From an uncultured Gammaproteobacteria bacterium (lineage in GTDB: Bacteria > Patescibacteriota > Patescibacteriia > Magasanikbacterales > GWA2-37-8), in NCBI GenBank assembly GCA_964634875.1, contig CAZWKA010000009.1, positions 1 to 47,546 of the forward strand: a DNA stretch of 47,546 nt, in the 5' to 3' direction. Under the pieces are notes generated by a model. It was not told the origin of the DNA. It searched no databases and was given only the letters and a program-made list of their open reading frames with translations. Below, one piece after another: positions 8,901 through 16,997 of the stretch (positions are counted from its first letter, which is position 1; every line of letters starts with the position of its first letter). Both the position numbers and the translations under genes were made by a program.

Positions 8901-10287
8901 GCAAAAACAATGCCTTGTCAGCAAGACTGGCGTTCTTTTGGTATAATGTATCAATGTTTTTTTTGCGTACATCTAAATCAGTCTGTAGTTGCTCTGTTGT
9001 ACGATGCCTAAAATATTCAGCGCGTTCACTGTTTTCTTTTTCCAAAAGAGCTATGGCACGCTCGAATTTTTCAGTTGCCGCTTGTAACTGCAGCATTTTT
9101 TCTTCTTCAGGGATATCTGCCTTTTCGATCTGCTTTTTATCTTTCTCTAGTTTTTTTTCTTGCTTTTCAACTGCAGCAACGTAAGTGCGCTGCTGCACGG
9201 CTAAAGCTACTTCATTTTCAGCGCTGGTAAATTCACCTCGTTCCTTGGAATCAGTAGTTTCTTGAAGAAATTTAACTTGGCCGTCGAGCGTTTTTTTCTG
9301 AGACTTAAATTTATTTTCACCTGACCGCCCAACAAAACGTTTAATGTTAGCAAGATTGATATTATCAATCTTTTGTCGCATACCTCTAAATTGACGCTTA
9401 ACCTTCCATGACCCGAGTCGCGCCCAGGCTACCGCCTCATCAGCAGATCTAACATACGAAGACCTCGGACTTCTTCCGGGTGGATTATAATCCATTGCTT
9501 CGGTAAGCCATTCGGAAGCAAGCATGACAGCCTTGTGCTCTAATTTTTGTGGATCTAATATTTTACCGCTTCTTTGCGCTTTACGCTCAATTAGTTTTTG
9601 TGCTTCACCATACATCTTTCGGAGTGATTCATACCCAGTACCAATATTTTCATTTCCTTCATGTATTTCGGAATAGCCATCCTTAATATGGGGAAGATGA
9701 ACTATTTTTATTTTTTTGTCAGAACATTTTTTTTCAGCTATCTTGCGAATAGCGATTTCAGGCGTGCCAATCATAGCAGCATAAGCTATTTCACGCCACA
9801 AGCCTGTCTTTACGTTTTCCGGAGTAATGCCGGCTTTATCAATCAAAACGTTCTCAACAACTTCAGTGCTCACAAACTCTCCTTTGTTCACGTCCCAATC
9901 TGTTTTTGTCCTAGTCAACCGTTTAGTTGCCCGACCTACTACAAGATCGTTGTAATATGCAAGACGTTTTTCTAAATAATGCAGAACGCGCGGGTCTGAC
10001 GCATACATTTTAATGCATTCATACGCCCCATACAGCGTCATAGAGCGCAGGATCTTTAAACGTTCAATACTATCTTCTGATTTACTAAATTTTTCTCTTT
10101 TGCGTATATCATTCTCATTTACTTTTGCATCTATAACTGCAAAAATTTTTTCATATTTTCCATCAATTGTTTCAACCGCTTCGTCTACCTTTTTCCAGTG
10201 GCTAGGAGATTCCAAACCATCATCATGCAAATCAGTTTTAATGGCCTTACGCCAATCCATCGATTCATGAAAACGTCCTTCTGGCAT
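5995..10287 (-). CDS. Hypothetical 1430-aa protein with two C-terminal tandem GNAT acetyltransferase domains
   Basis: Uninterrupted 4.3-kb ORF. GNAT-1 is about aa 1079-1225 (motif A QYQGKGLVADLM). GNAT-2 is about aa 1248-1420 (QQRKGYGRKALERLLEFA). A Cys/His-rich module lies at aa 900-1060 and a Lys/Glu-rich coiled-coil-like stretch at aa 365-460. There is no signal peptide or TM segment. Confidence 0.85.
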   Translation of the reverse strand: MPEGRFHESMDWRKAIKTDLHDDGLESPSHWKKVDEAVETIDGKYEKIFAVIDAKVNENDIRKREKFSKSEDSIERLKILRSMTLYGAYECIKMYASDPRVLHYLEKRLAYYNDLVVGRATKRLTRTKTDWDVNKGEFVSTEVVENVLIDKAGITPENVKTGLWREIAYAAMIGTPEIAIRKIAEKKCSDKKIKIVHLPHIKDGYSEIHEGNENIGTGYESLRKMYGEAQKLIERKAQRSGKILDPQKLEHKAVMLASEWLTEAMDYNPPGRSPRSSYVRSADEAVAWARLGSWKVKRQFRGMRQKIDNINLANIKRFVGRSGENKFKSQKKTLDGQVKFLQETTDSKERGEFTSAENEVALAVQQRTYVAAVEKQEKKLEKDKKQIEKADIPEEEKMLQLQAATEKFERAIALLEKENSERAEYFRHRTTEQLQTDLDVRKKNIDTLYQKNASLADKALFLHFKENEFNNDRNDSVIDWINSAPLGLVNWCYDALHRGASTETVFGYARALVLFPDTLVTRELIKRINQLTPYELQNIKLVRGLGEELKITLSLEDLCALAKYDFHNLRFSFNKGYTVKSLVEYPWLNDHALLEKSPFPFDGSKGKQQAWCVENAYYVPEGWQHKRLGNIILSRLNGGIDANIHDATFWLKELEVPQEKNGKVYKDHAQEISLIYSLTSVPEKLRNRVPTNPNKYADLFSSQATELVYTAMLPLVEQGELTYEQVRAAVEQELKTFELDPKRAKSLKTPLPIFAKEIEKCLEELKMMIQKGQDREPVPSIVGALKVVGELRNSFVDDAQTWVATHASAPRQLLALAWANRELALADGCADNPRAIKQWADLNGLRVAYDEMEHGGYLPHNFTREDLVTYKDWFSELVRCYDGNTAIKAIAELKESFNAKFYITPQKIDLGGGWVGEVFPKSDARGMTIGHDTGCCMTLGGVSNSCIKAGYANPSCGFFALYRDGQIVAQSFLYTNRKEAANTLVCDNIEANAGRDLNMVLKQYQEFFNRYLTDQLRRDPGAKLSKVHVGTGYTDIGLEGLKSVDSIPLPESGIYTDAYNQKGLLELSKEDVEKAKNMKVEIVGGSSWEQIKSQIMLIEEQAFEGRGYGEGHLRDEFSNPQNIALIMKDGDTIIGYCTAIAGAGDKEAVYVSSTALLSQYQGKGLVADLMYRLDIEAKRRGFKYYTRDARMDNGYADKLKKNYIIIKAGEPFKTIHGMQQHLKMEIPNHVVPKSLEQAKPVQHKAPEVRIRNLTRRNAGVIAELESAIYPEGMRQGEEFFADELDFEEGDESDNASFIVAEKVDGRSQPVGYTVAYITESEFAGGGSVLYVSDMALLPEQQRKGYGRKALERLLEFARARQGMPIEFHARASTSYAALIHSETMLEILGYRITQDQLMEGYFEDTDQGINEDVHLVRLERIDEMEEKMAA

Positions 10288-10416
10288 ATTGAAAACAGAA
10301 AATTAATAAAACCCCTGACTGCGTGGCGAGTGTTTAAAAATAAAAAAGGTCCCAGCACTATATATAGCAGATTTTATACGATACAGCAAGAGTAAAATAG
10401 GTAAAATTCAAAAAAT

Positions 10417-10441
10417 AAAAACAGTGTAAACACTGTTTTTA
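10417..10441 (-). terminator. Rho-independent terminator downstream of tRNA-Leu(UAG)
   Basis: Hairpin AACAGTG-taaa-CACTGTT (10420-10437), followed by a T-run when read on the minus strand. Confidence 0.55.
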
Positions 10442-10453
10442 TAACGTTTATCG

Positions 10454-10535
10454 TGCCGCGAAAGGGACTCGAACCCTTAATCCGTGAGGAACCAGTTCCT
10501 AAGACTGGCGCGTATACCAATTCCGCCATCGCGGC
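10454..10535 (-). tRNA. tRNA-Leu (anticodon UAG), type II with long variable arm
   Basis: The reverse complement folds as follows: acceptor GCCGCGA/TCGCGGC, D region GGCGGAATTGGTATACGC, anticodon stem CCAGT/ACTGG with loop CTTAGGA, a long variable arm, and T arm AAGGG-TTCGAGT-CCCTT. No CCA is encoded. Confidence 0.9.
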
Positions 10536-10620
10536 AGCACGTCTTTGTAGCCGGACTATTTAACCATAGCAACCCTAAAAAAGCAATAAACAACGCATAG
10601 CAGGTTGTTTATTGGAAACA

Positions 10621-13431
10621 CTACTTATAGAACAACTCCTTAAACTTGGTAAACAAGAAAAGTAATCCCTTGCTCAATCCGGATAACGAAGTTTTAGTTC
10701 GCAAAGTAATGTCAAAGTTTATTGGTTGACCATCTGCTACCTGCAACGACTCACTCACGTAATTTTCATACCCTTCTTTAACTACTTCCAGGCGATATGT
10801 ACCGGCGGGCGGCGCAAAATAGTAGTGACCGGACTTTGTAGTGAGCACCGGATTTGGACGACCAACATCTTCTGCGGGCCAACGCTCGAAAATTCCCGTC
10901 GCCGAATCTTCTTTAAGCAGAGTTACAAAAACTTTTTCGACTGGTTGTTTTTTAGTATCAAGTACGCTCCCCGACAGATTCGTGACTATAATCTCGGTTA
11001 CTTCGCGCGGTTTTAAACCATCATCGTAATCAACTACGGTAATAAGCCTATCGTCGCGCCCAATGACGCCTGTCGGAATAGTCGCACTAAACACACCGTC
11101 GCGGTCAACATCGGTGTAGTTAAAAGTATATTTTGCATTCGCTCCGGCCTCACCAATCAAAGCACCGACACTGTCGTCTGCTGCAGCGGCTGGCAACAAA
11201 AATCCACGCACAGTCGCTGCCGCATCAAGCAATTTTATCGTCAGATCAAGGCTCTCATCGGTTGTTACCACAATTTTTCTACGCACTTTTCCATCAGCTC
11301 CGCGCTCAACAATAATCGGCACTGCTTTTTTGCCGCGAGAAAATGAAGCTGTTAGATTTTGCGGCACCACTCGTGGAGGCGTAGTTGCCGGCCTCGGCGT
11401 ACTTGGGATTGAAGTTGTAGGCCTTGGTGTTGGCGGCCTAACAATTGGCTGAGTAACAGGTGGTGGGGCAACGGGCTGAAGCGGCACGGTCGGTATTGGT
11501 GGCGGTGTTATTGGAGTCATAGTTGGAGCAGTCGGCAGTGTTGAGGTCACAGGGATTATTACTTCCGGCGGTGGACCGCCAACACCATTGTCAGAAGGGC
11601 CACCTGAACCAGAACTATAATTTCCGCCACCACTGCTTCCGCCCGAAGAAACGGCTGGCAAACCTGTCACTACCAACGACGCTGACCCGGCTTTACCATC
11701 ACTCGTGATAGTAAGTGTGGTTGGCGAAGCAACTCCTGTTCCAGTAAGTGTTAGATTTGTCGTCGCAACACCATCATCAGTAAGCTCGGCTACTGGAATA
11801 GTGGTTACGCTGAGTGTTCCTGAGCTCGGCACAATCGTGGCATCAATGGGTGTTGTAGTAACAGTATTAAAAAAACTATCTCGAGCAGTTGTCACAACTG
11901 TAAACGCTTCGTCATATACCACACTTGCTGGAGCACTTACTAAAAACGAATTAAAACTAGCAGGAATAATGGTAAGATCGAGATCAAAACCAGCGTCCCC
12001 TGTCGAAACAAATCCATCAGCAGAGGCGTCAACTGAGGCGTTGCCTGCGGCATACGCTGTCAGATTACAAACACCAACACCGTTCGCAAAAGCAATAGTT
12101 GTTGCAACGCCAAGCGTGACAAGCGCATTATTTTTATCAGTACATGTCGGTTGGTTACCGCTGGCTGCCACTAACGGACCTGTGAGAACCACCGCTTTGT
12201 CACCCATAAAATCAGTCACCACACTTCCTGTTCCGTCTCTCAGTGTAAGAGTAATAGTTTGAGTAGCGCCTGCAACCATGCTATCGCCACCAGTAATTTG
12301 CAGATACTTAGTTGCTTCAAAATTTTCTTCACCACCCACACTTACAAAAGTTGCTGGCGAATTTTGGTTAGCATATTCAGCTGCAATCCACGATGCATTT
12401 CTGTTTGCATTCGCAATACGGACTTCGTCAAAAGTTCCGTCTGTATTATACTGATTCGTACTCAGTCGGCCAATGTTGAGGTTTTTATTATTAACGCCAA
12501 TCGCCTGATTTAGTGCTACGGAATTTTTTTCAACACCGTTTACGTAGAGACGAACACGACTACCATCGTACACACCAACGATGTGCATCCAGTCAGTTGC
12601 ACTAACCGTTGCCGCAGGAGCAAAACTCAAATAATCGTTTACAAAAAAACGCAGCTTGCCCGTAAGATCAAAATAAAAACCAAAACTATCTGTCCAAAAA
12701 TCATTAGGCTTACCCAAAATGCCATTTTCCGAACCATTGGAAAGATCGGGCGTGACATCGGTCTTAAACCAGAGTGATGCCGTCAATACGTTAGTAAAAT
12801 TAAGCGCCGCGTTATCAGCGACCATCACGCGATCATCGACGCCGTCCATATGGAGACCCTTACCGATTACTGCCGGAGTCGCAGTCACTCCCCCGGTTTC
12901 GGCACCGTTGGTTGCGTTACTCGAAGCATCAGTCAGCGAAGCCGGTAATTCAAAGTGTTGCACCATTTTAAAACCATTTGACCAGACCCCACTTATATTT
13001 TGTTCATTATTCGGTGAATTGTAGCCATAATAAAGATAGATACCTGTGTCGGCACTACTTGAAATTGCTGGCACTTTTACCCAAGCTATAAGCGCCCCGG
13101 TTGCAATGGAAAACGATTCAATTTCATGGTCGAGCTTAGTGACACCATCCCCAGCCGTAAATACCAAACCATCACCGTCTGTCATCGCCTTTGTAAGCTC
13201 AGTTGCTGTAACAGAAACTAAAACCGGAAAATCTACCAAATCACCGGGTACCTTAGCATGATCAATTGTAATTGGCAGACGATACGCCCAATTTGCATGG
13301 TACCAGGCGGCGCCAACCGCTTCAGCGGGCCGGATATTCAAAAACCCAGAAGAAGCAATAACAATAAGAATAGCCATGAAAATGGCCATTATTTTCTTGA
13401 AAACGAATGTTGTTTTCCGAAGCAAAATCAT
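10621..13431 (-). CDS. Large secreted surface protein: DUF2341-like, LamG/concanavalin-like, Pro-rich linker, carboxypeptidase-regulatory-like C-terminal domain
   Basis: N-terminal signal/TM segment. WAYRLPITIDHAKVPGDLVDFPVLV resembles DUF2341. LTASLWFKTD...LYVNGV resembles LamG. A long P/T-rich linker spans about aa 620-690. YYFAPPAGTYRLEVVKEGYENY resembles CarboxypepD_reg. The start could instead be the Met at aa 15. Confidence 0.75.
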   Translation of the reverse strand: MILLRKTTFVFKKIMAIFMAILIVIASSGFLNIRPAEAVGAAWYHANWAYRLPITIDHAKVPGDLVDFPVLVSVTATELTKAMTDGDGLVFTAGDGVTKLDHEIESFSIATGALIAWVKVPAISSSADTGIYLYYGYNSPNNEQNISGVWSNGFKMVQHFELPASLTDASSNATNGAETGGVTATPAVIGKGLHMDGVDDRVMVADNAALNFTNVLTASLWFKTDVTPDLSNGSENGILGKPNDFWTDSFGFYFDLTGKLRFFVNDYLSFAPAATVSATDWMHIVGVYDGSRVRLYVNGVEKNSVALNQAIGVNNKNLNIGRLSTNQYNTDGTFDEVRIANANRNASWIAAEYANQNSPATFVSVGGEENFEATKYLQITGGDSMVAGATQTITLTLRDGTGSVVTDFMGDKAVVLTGPLVAASGNQPTCTDKNNALVTLGVATTIAFANGVGVCNLTAYAAGNASVDASADGFVSTGDAGFDLDLTIIPASFNSFLVSAPASVVYDEAFTVVTTARDSFFNTVTTTPIDATIVPSSGTLSVTTIPVAELTDDGVATTNLTLTGTGVASPTTLTITSDGKAGSASLVVTGLPAVSSGGSSGGGNYSSGSGGPSDNGVGGPPPEVIIPVTSTLPTAPTMTPITPPPIPTVPLQPVAPPPVTQPIVRPPTPRPTTSIPSTPRPATTPPRVVPQNLTASFSRGKKAVPIIVERGADGKVRRKIVVTTDESLDLTIKLLDAAATVRGFLLPAAAADDSVGALIGEAGANAKYTFNYTDVDRDGVFSATIPTGVIGRDDRLITVVDYDDGLKPREVTEIIVTNLSGSVLDTKKQPVEKVFVTLLKEDSATGIFERWPAEDVGRPNPVLTTKSGHYYFAPPAGTYRLEVVKEGYENYVSESLQVADGQPINFDITLRTKTSLSGLSKGLLFLFTKFKELFYK

Positions 13432-13501
13432 GCAAACTGCACCAATATACTAACTGCTGAGCATAGCACAAAAAACGTCTTTTGTCAAGGGTAGCCTGAA
13501 A

Positions 13502-13532
13502 TAAAAAATCCCTCCCGTAAAAACAGGAGGGA
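13502..13532 (-). terminator. Rho-independent terminator of pnp
   Basis: Hairpin TCCCTCC-10 nt-GGAGGGA (13509-13532), followed by a T-run on the minus strand. Confidence 0.65.
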
Positions 13533-13546
13533 CTTGAAAGCTTTCT

Positions 13547-15754
13547 TTAGCGTCCGCCAAAACCACGACCACCGCCACCGCCTTGAGGGCGCGGACTGCG
13601 CGGCCGGTCAAAAGCCGGTCGGTCTTGGTAACCTTCAGGCTTTTCGAGGAGCGCCTTCATGCTAAGGTTAATACGTCCTAAATTATCAATTTCTTTGACG
13701 AGCACCTTTACTTTATCACCCAGTTTCAAGACATCACTCGGTTTGTTGGTGCGGTCCCAAGCGATTTCACTGACATGAACGAGGCCGTCCTGACCAGGCA
13801 AGATCTGGACAAAGGCACCGAAATCTTCGAGGCGTACGACCGCCCCTTCATAGGTTTCGCCAGCCGTTACTTCGTGGGTCAACTGTTTCACCCACTCAAC
13901 TGCTTTTTGCATACCGACAGCGTCATTCGAGGTGACACACACCCGACCATCGTCTTCGATATCAATCGATACGCCAGTCTCAGCAATAATTTTATTAATC
14001 ATCTTGCCGCCAGGACCGATCACGTCGCGAATCTTTTCTGGGTTGATCATGATCGTAATAATGCGTGGGGCATACGGTGAGAGATCCTTGCGTGGTTCTG
14101 GCAAGACCTTGGCCATGGCATCGAGCAGCTGTAAGCGAGCATCTTTAGCTTGTTTAAAAGTTTGCTCAACAATTTCCCAGCTCAGGCCAGCCGTTTTGGT
14201 ATCCATTTGGAGAGCCGTAATACCTTCACGTGTTCCGGCAATCTTAAAGTCCATGCCACCAGGGCCGTCTTCAATATCTTGAAGATCAGTAAGGACTTTC
14301 CATTTTCCGTCGTTACTTGTAGCTAAACCCATTGCGATACCAGCAACCGGTTTTTTAATCGGTACACCGGCGTCCATGAGAGCGAGCGATGACCCACAGG
14401 TCGAAGCCATAGAACTCGAACCGTTCGAGCCCAAAACTTCCGAGACAACACGGATCGCATACGGAAAATCTACTTCGGGCGGAAGCATTGGTTCGAGCGC
14501 GCGTTCTGCCAGAGCACCATGGCCAATCGCCCGGTTACCAGGTCCACGCATTGGACCAGCTTCACCGTACGAGGCTGGAGTATCATTGTAATGGTGCATA
14601 TAGCGCTTTGTCCCCTCTTCTTCCATTGTATCAAGCGTCTGCACATCACCAGGCGCGCCAAGCGTTGCCACCGACAGCACCTGCGTGTCGCCACGCATAA
14701 ACATACCAGAACCATGTGTACGAGGAAGCAGCGCGACCTCAATGTTTAAATCACGAATATCCGTAAGCGAGCGACCATCAAGGCGCTTACCAGATTCAAT
14801 AATCGCAGCGGAAATATATTTTTCAACATACACTTTGACGCGACCCAAAATAATTTTCATTACTTTCTCATCGGTCTCTTTAGCTACTAACATTTCCTGA
14901 ATCGCCACCTGGAAACGGTCAATCATCGCGACGCGTTCCGAACGACCACGTTTGACACTGTCAAAAATCCAATCTGATACATGGCTTTTAATAAAAGCGT
15001 CGACCTCCTCTTCAGTTTTTTTAAGCGCCAACTGTTGTTCGGTCGGTTCTTTTTTAGGATCAAGTTTTGGTTGCCCCGCTTCTGCCTGGATCTTGGTAAT
15101 AAATTCAATCACACTTCCCAGCTCTTTGGCACCAAAACGAATCGCACTCACGACATCATTGTCTGCAGTATCATTACAACCAGCTTCAACCATCACTAAT
15201 TTTTCTGGAGTTCCCGCTACAACAATATCCATGTCGCTCAGTTCGCGCTCGGCAAACGAAGGGTTAATTACGAATTGACCGTCTTTCCTACCAACGCGCA
15301 CACCAGCAATCGGACCTTCCCATGGAATAGACGAAAGAGACAACACTACTGAAGCAGCAACAAGCGCTGGAATTTGAGAATCGTTTTCTCCGTCAACAGA
15401 CAGCGCTGTTAAAATAACCTGAATATCGTTGCGCACGTCTTCGCTGAACAAAGGGCGGATTGTCCGATCAACGAGACGGCCGGATAAAATCGCATCTTCA
15501 CTTGGACGTCCTTCACGCTTGATAAAGCGACTACCTTTAATTTTTCCAGCTGCATACAACTTCTCTTCGAAGTTTACCATGAGCGGGAAGTAATCAATAC
15601 CATCGCGCGTATTTTTACTCATGACGACTGTCGCCAATATAACCGTGTCGCCATAGCGAACGGTACACGAAGCGTTGGTCTGGAAAGCGTAGTGCCCGAC
15701 TTCGACAGTAAGCGTGCGTCCGCCCCATTGCAGGGACCAATTTTTGATGTTCAT
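13547..15754 (-). CDS. pnp: Polyribonucleotide nucleotidyltransferase (PNPase) with Arg/Gly-rich C-terminal tail
   Basis: 735 aa with two RNase PH-like cores (GRxxREIGHG-like RAIGHGALAERAL), a KH domain (IGPGGKMINKI) and an S1 domain (GAVVRLEDFGAFVQ). The tail is RPRSPRPQGGGGGRGFGGR. Confidence 0.95.
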   Translation of the reverse strand: MNIKNWSLQWGGRTLTVEVGHYAFQTNASCTVRYGDTVILATVVMSKNTRDGIDYFPLMVNFEEKLYAAGKIKGSRFIKREGRPSEDAILSGRLVDRTIRPLFSEDVRNDIQVILTALSVDGENDSQIPALVAASVVLSLSSIPWEGPIAGVRVGRKDGQFVINPSFAERELSDMDIVVAGTPEKLVMVEAGCNDTADNDVVSAIRFGAKELGSVIEFITKIQAEAGQPKLDPKKEPTEQQLALKKTEEEVDAFIKSHVSDWIFDSVKRGRSERVAMIDRFQVAIQEMLVAKETDEKVMKIILGRVKVYVEKYISAAIIESGKRLDGRSLTDIRDLNIEVALLPRTHGSGMFMRGDTQVLSVATLGAPGDVQTLDTMEEEGTKRYMHHYNDTPASYGEAGPMRGPGNRAIGHGALAERALEPMLPPEVDFPYAIRVVSEVLGSNGSSSMASTCGSSLALMDAGVPIKKPVAGIAMGLATSNDGKWKVLTDLQDIEDGPGGMDFKIAGTREGITALQMDTKTAGLSWEIVEQTFKQAKDARLQLLDAMAKVLPEPRKDLSPYAPRIITIMINPEKIRDVIGPGGKMINKIIAETGVSIDIEDDGRVCVTSNDAVGMQKAVEWVKQLTHEVTAGETYEGAVVRLEDFGAFVQILPGQDGLVHVSEIAWDRTNKPSDVLKLGDKVKVLVKEIDNLGRINLSMKALLEKPEGYQDRPAFDRPRSPRPQGGGGGRGFGGR

Positions 15755-15784
15755 ACTTTTTCCTTTCTTGAAGCTGCTGCAGGT

Positions 15785-15813
15785 ATATGAGTATTCAGAC
15801 TGAATACTTATAT
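15785..15813 (-). promoter_or_regulatory. Stable hairpin in the pnp 5' leader
   Basis: A stem of about 13 bp centred on AGTATTCA-gac-TGAATACT, located 30-60 nt upstream of the pnp start. In E. coli the pnp leader is regulated through a processed hairpin. Applying that role here is only an analogy. Confidence 0.35.
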
Positions 15814-15895
15814 TCCGACACCAGCTCCATTAAAACATTAAAGCACGAGAACATTAAAAAAGTTTTAATGTTTTTATGTTTTAATGCTTTCTTTG

Positions 15896-16516
15896 CTATA
15901 CTTCGTCACCAAAATCGAGCCCATCGTTCTCTTTTGGTTTAAATGCCCTCGCAATCCGGCGAACGCCTGGCTTAACCCCGCTCATTTTATTGGGGATCAA
16001 AAACCGCGCCTTATCATTACTCAAATCAACAAAGTCATCGGCTTCTTCTTTCAACTTGCCCGAAGCAGTATTACCAAAGGCCATAACCTCAACTTGTTTA
16101 CCCTGGTTCCGAAGATATTCAATAAGCGGTAAATAATCACCGTCCCCGCTCACGAGCACGATCGCATCAAGGCTTGGGCACAAACGGATCGCATCAACAG
16201 CGATGCCCACGTCCCAATCAGCTTTCTTTTCGCCGCCATAAAAAATCTGGAGCGGCTTGTCTTTAGTCTCGATCCCCTGGTTATAGAGAGCATCAAAAAA
16301 GGGCTGCTCCTCTTTGCCTTCGGTCGAGACCACGTAGGCAATGGCCCGAATTAGTTTGCGGCCAGCCGTTGCTTCACGCACGATGTTACCAAAATTTACC
16401 TTAGCTCCAAACAAATTCTTGGCGCTATAGTACATATTCTGCACATCAATAAACACCCCAACGCGCTGGTCGGGGTGTTTAAGAGGATGATTCTTTCGAT
16501 TGAGAAGTGCGGACAT
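15896..16516 (-). CDS. NYN domain (LabA/DUF88-like) predicted ribonuclease
   Basis: VGVFIDVQNMYY... and IVLVSGDGDYLPLIEYLRNQGKQVEV match the NYN/LabA pattern: an N-terminal acidic residue in the beta1 strand plus the SGDGD motif. Confidence 0.75.
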   Translation of the reverse strand: MSALLNRKNHPLKHPDQRVGVFIDVQNMYYSAKNLFGAKVNFGNIVREATAGRKLIRAIAYVVSTEGKEEQPFFDALYNQGIETKDKPLQIFYGGEKKADWDVGIAVDAIRLCPSLDAIVLVSGDGDYLPLIEYLRNQGKQVEVMAFGNTASGKLKEEADDFVDLSNDKARFLIPNKMSGVKPGVRRIARAFKPKENDGLDFGDEV

Positions 16517-16520
16517 TGGG

Positions 16521-16868
16521 TTAGACCTTTGGCTCGATCTCTTCTTCCATTACTTCAACTTCAACATCGGCGGCAGCGGCACCTGGTTTGGCAAGGACGC
16601 GAGCCTGTTTAATCTTGAGTTTTTTGACGAGCTTATCGTAACTTTCTAGATTTTCTTTCTTCAGGTAGCGCAAAAGGTGGCGGCGTGTACTGACTTTACG
16701 CAAAAGGCCGCGGCGGGAAGAATGGTCTTTTGGGTGCTGTTTAAGATGTTCGATGAGCTCTTCGATCTCGGTCGTTAGGATCGCGATCTGGACTTCACTC
16801 GAACCAGTGTCTCCATCATGGATCTGGAATTTCTTGATAACACCTTGCTTTTTCTTAGGGTCTAACAT
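16521..16868 (-). CDS. rpsO: 30S ribosomal protein S15 with an acidic C-terminal extension of about 25 aa
   Basis: GDTGSSEVQIAILTTEIEELIEHLKQHPKDHSSRRGLLRKVSTRRHLLRYL is canonical S15. Confidence 0.93.
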   Translation of the reverse strand: MLDPKKKQGVIKKFQIHDGDTGSSEVQIAILTTEIEELIEHLKQHPKDHSSRRGLLRKVSTRRHLLRYLKKENLESYDKLVKKLKIKQARVLAKPGAAAADVEVEVMEEEIEPKV

Positions 16869-16997
16869 ACTTAAAATAATTCACCGGGCTTAACCAAAGT
16901 ATGTTTCGGTAAGTCCAGACTGCCAACCCAGTTTACCTGTGGCTGGAAGAGAGTTAAAAGTACCCCCAGTGTAGCTGAAGACCCCCAAACTGTCAAG

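Noticed and set aside
11705-12262. A 185-aa ORF lies antisense to the DUF2341/LamG gene.
   Set aside because: It is the mirror frame of a Thr/Ser/Val/Ala-rich repeat region, so it stays open by composition. There is no SD or independent support.
13775-15278. Numerous ORFs of 60-116 aa lie on both strands inside pnp.
   Set aside because: They are fully embedded in a confidently identified, full-length PNPase gene, and none has a recognisable motif.
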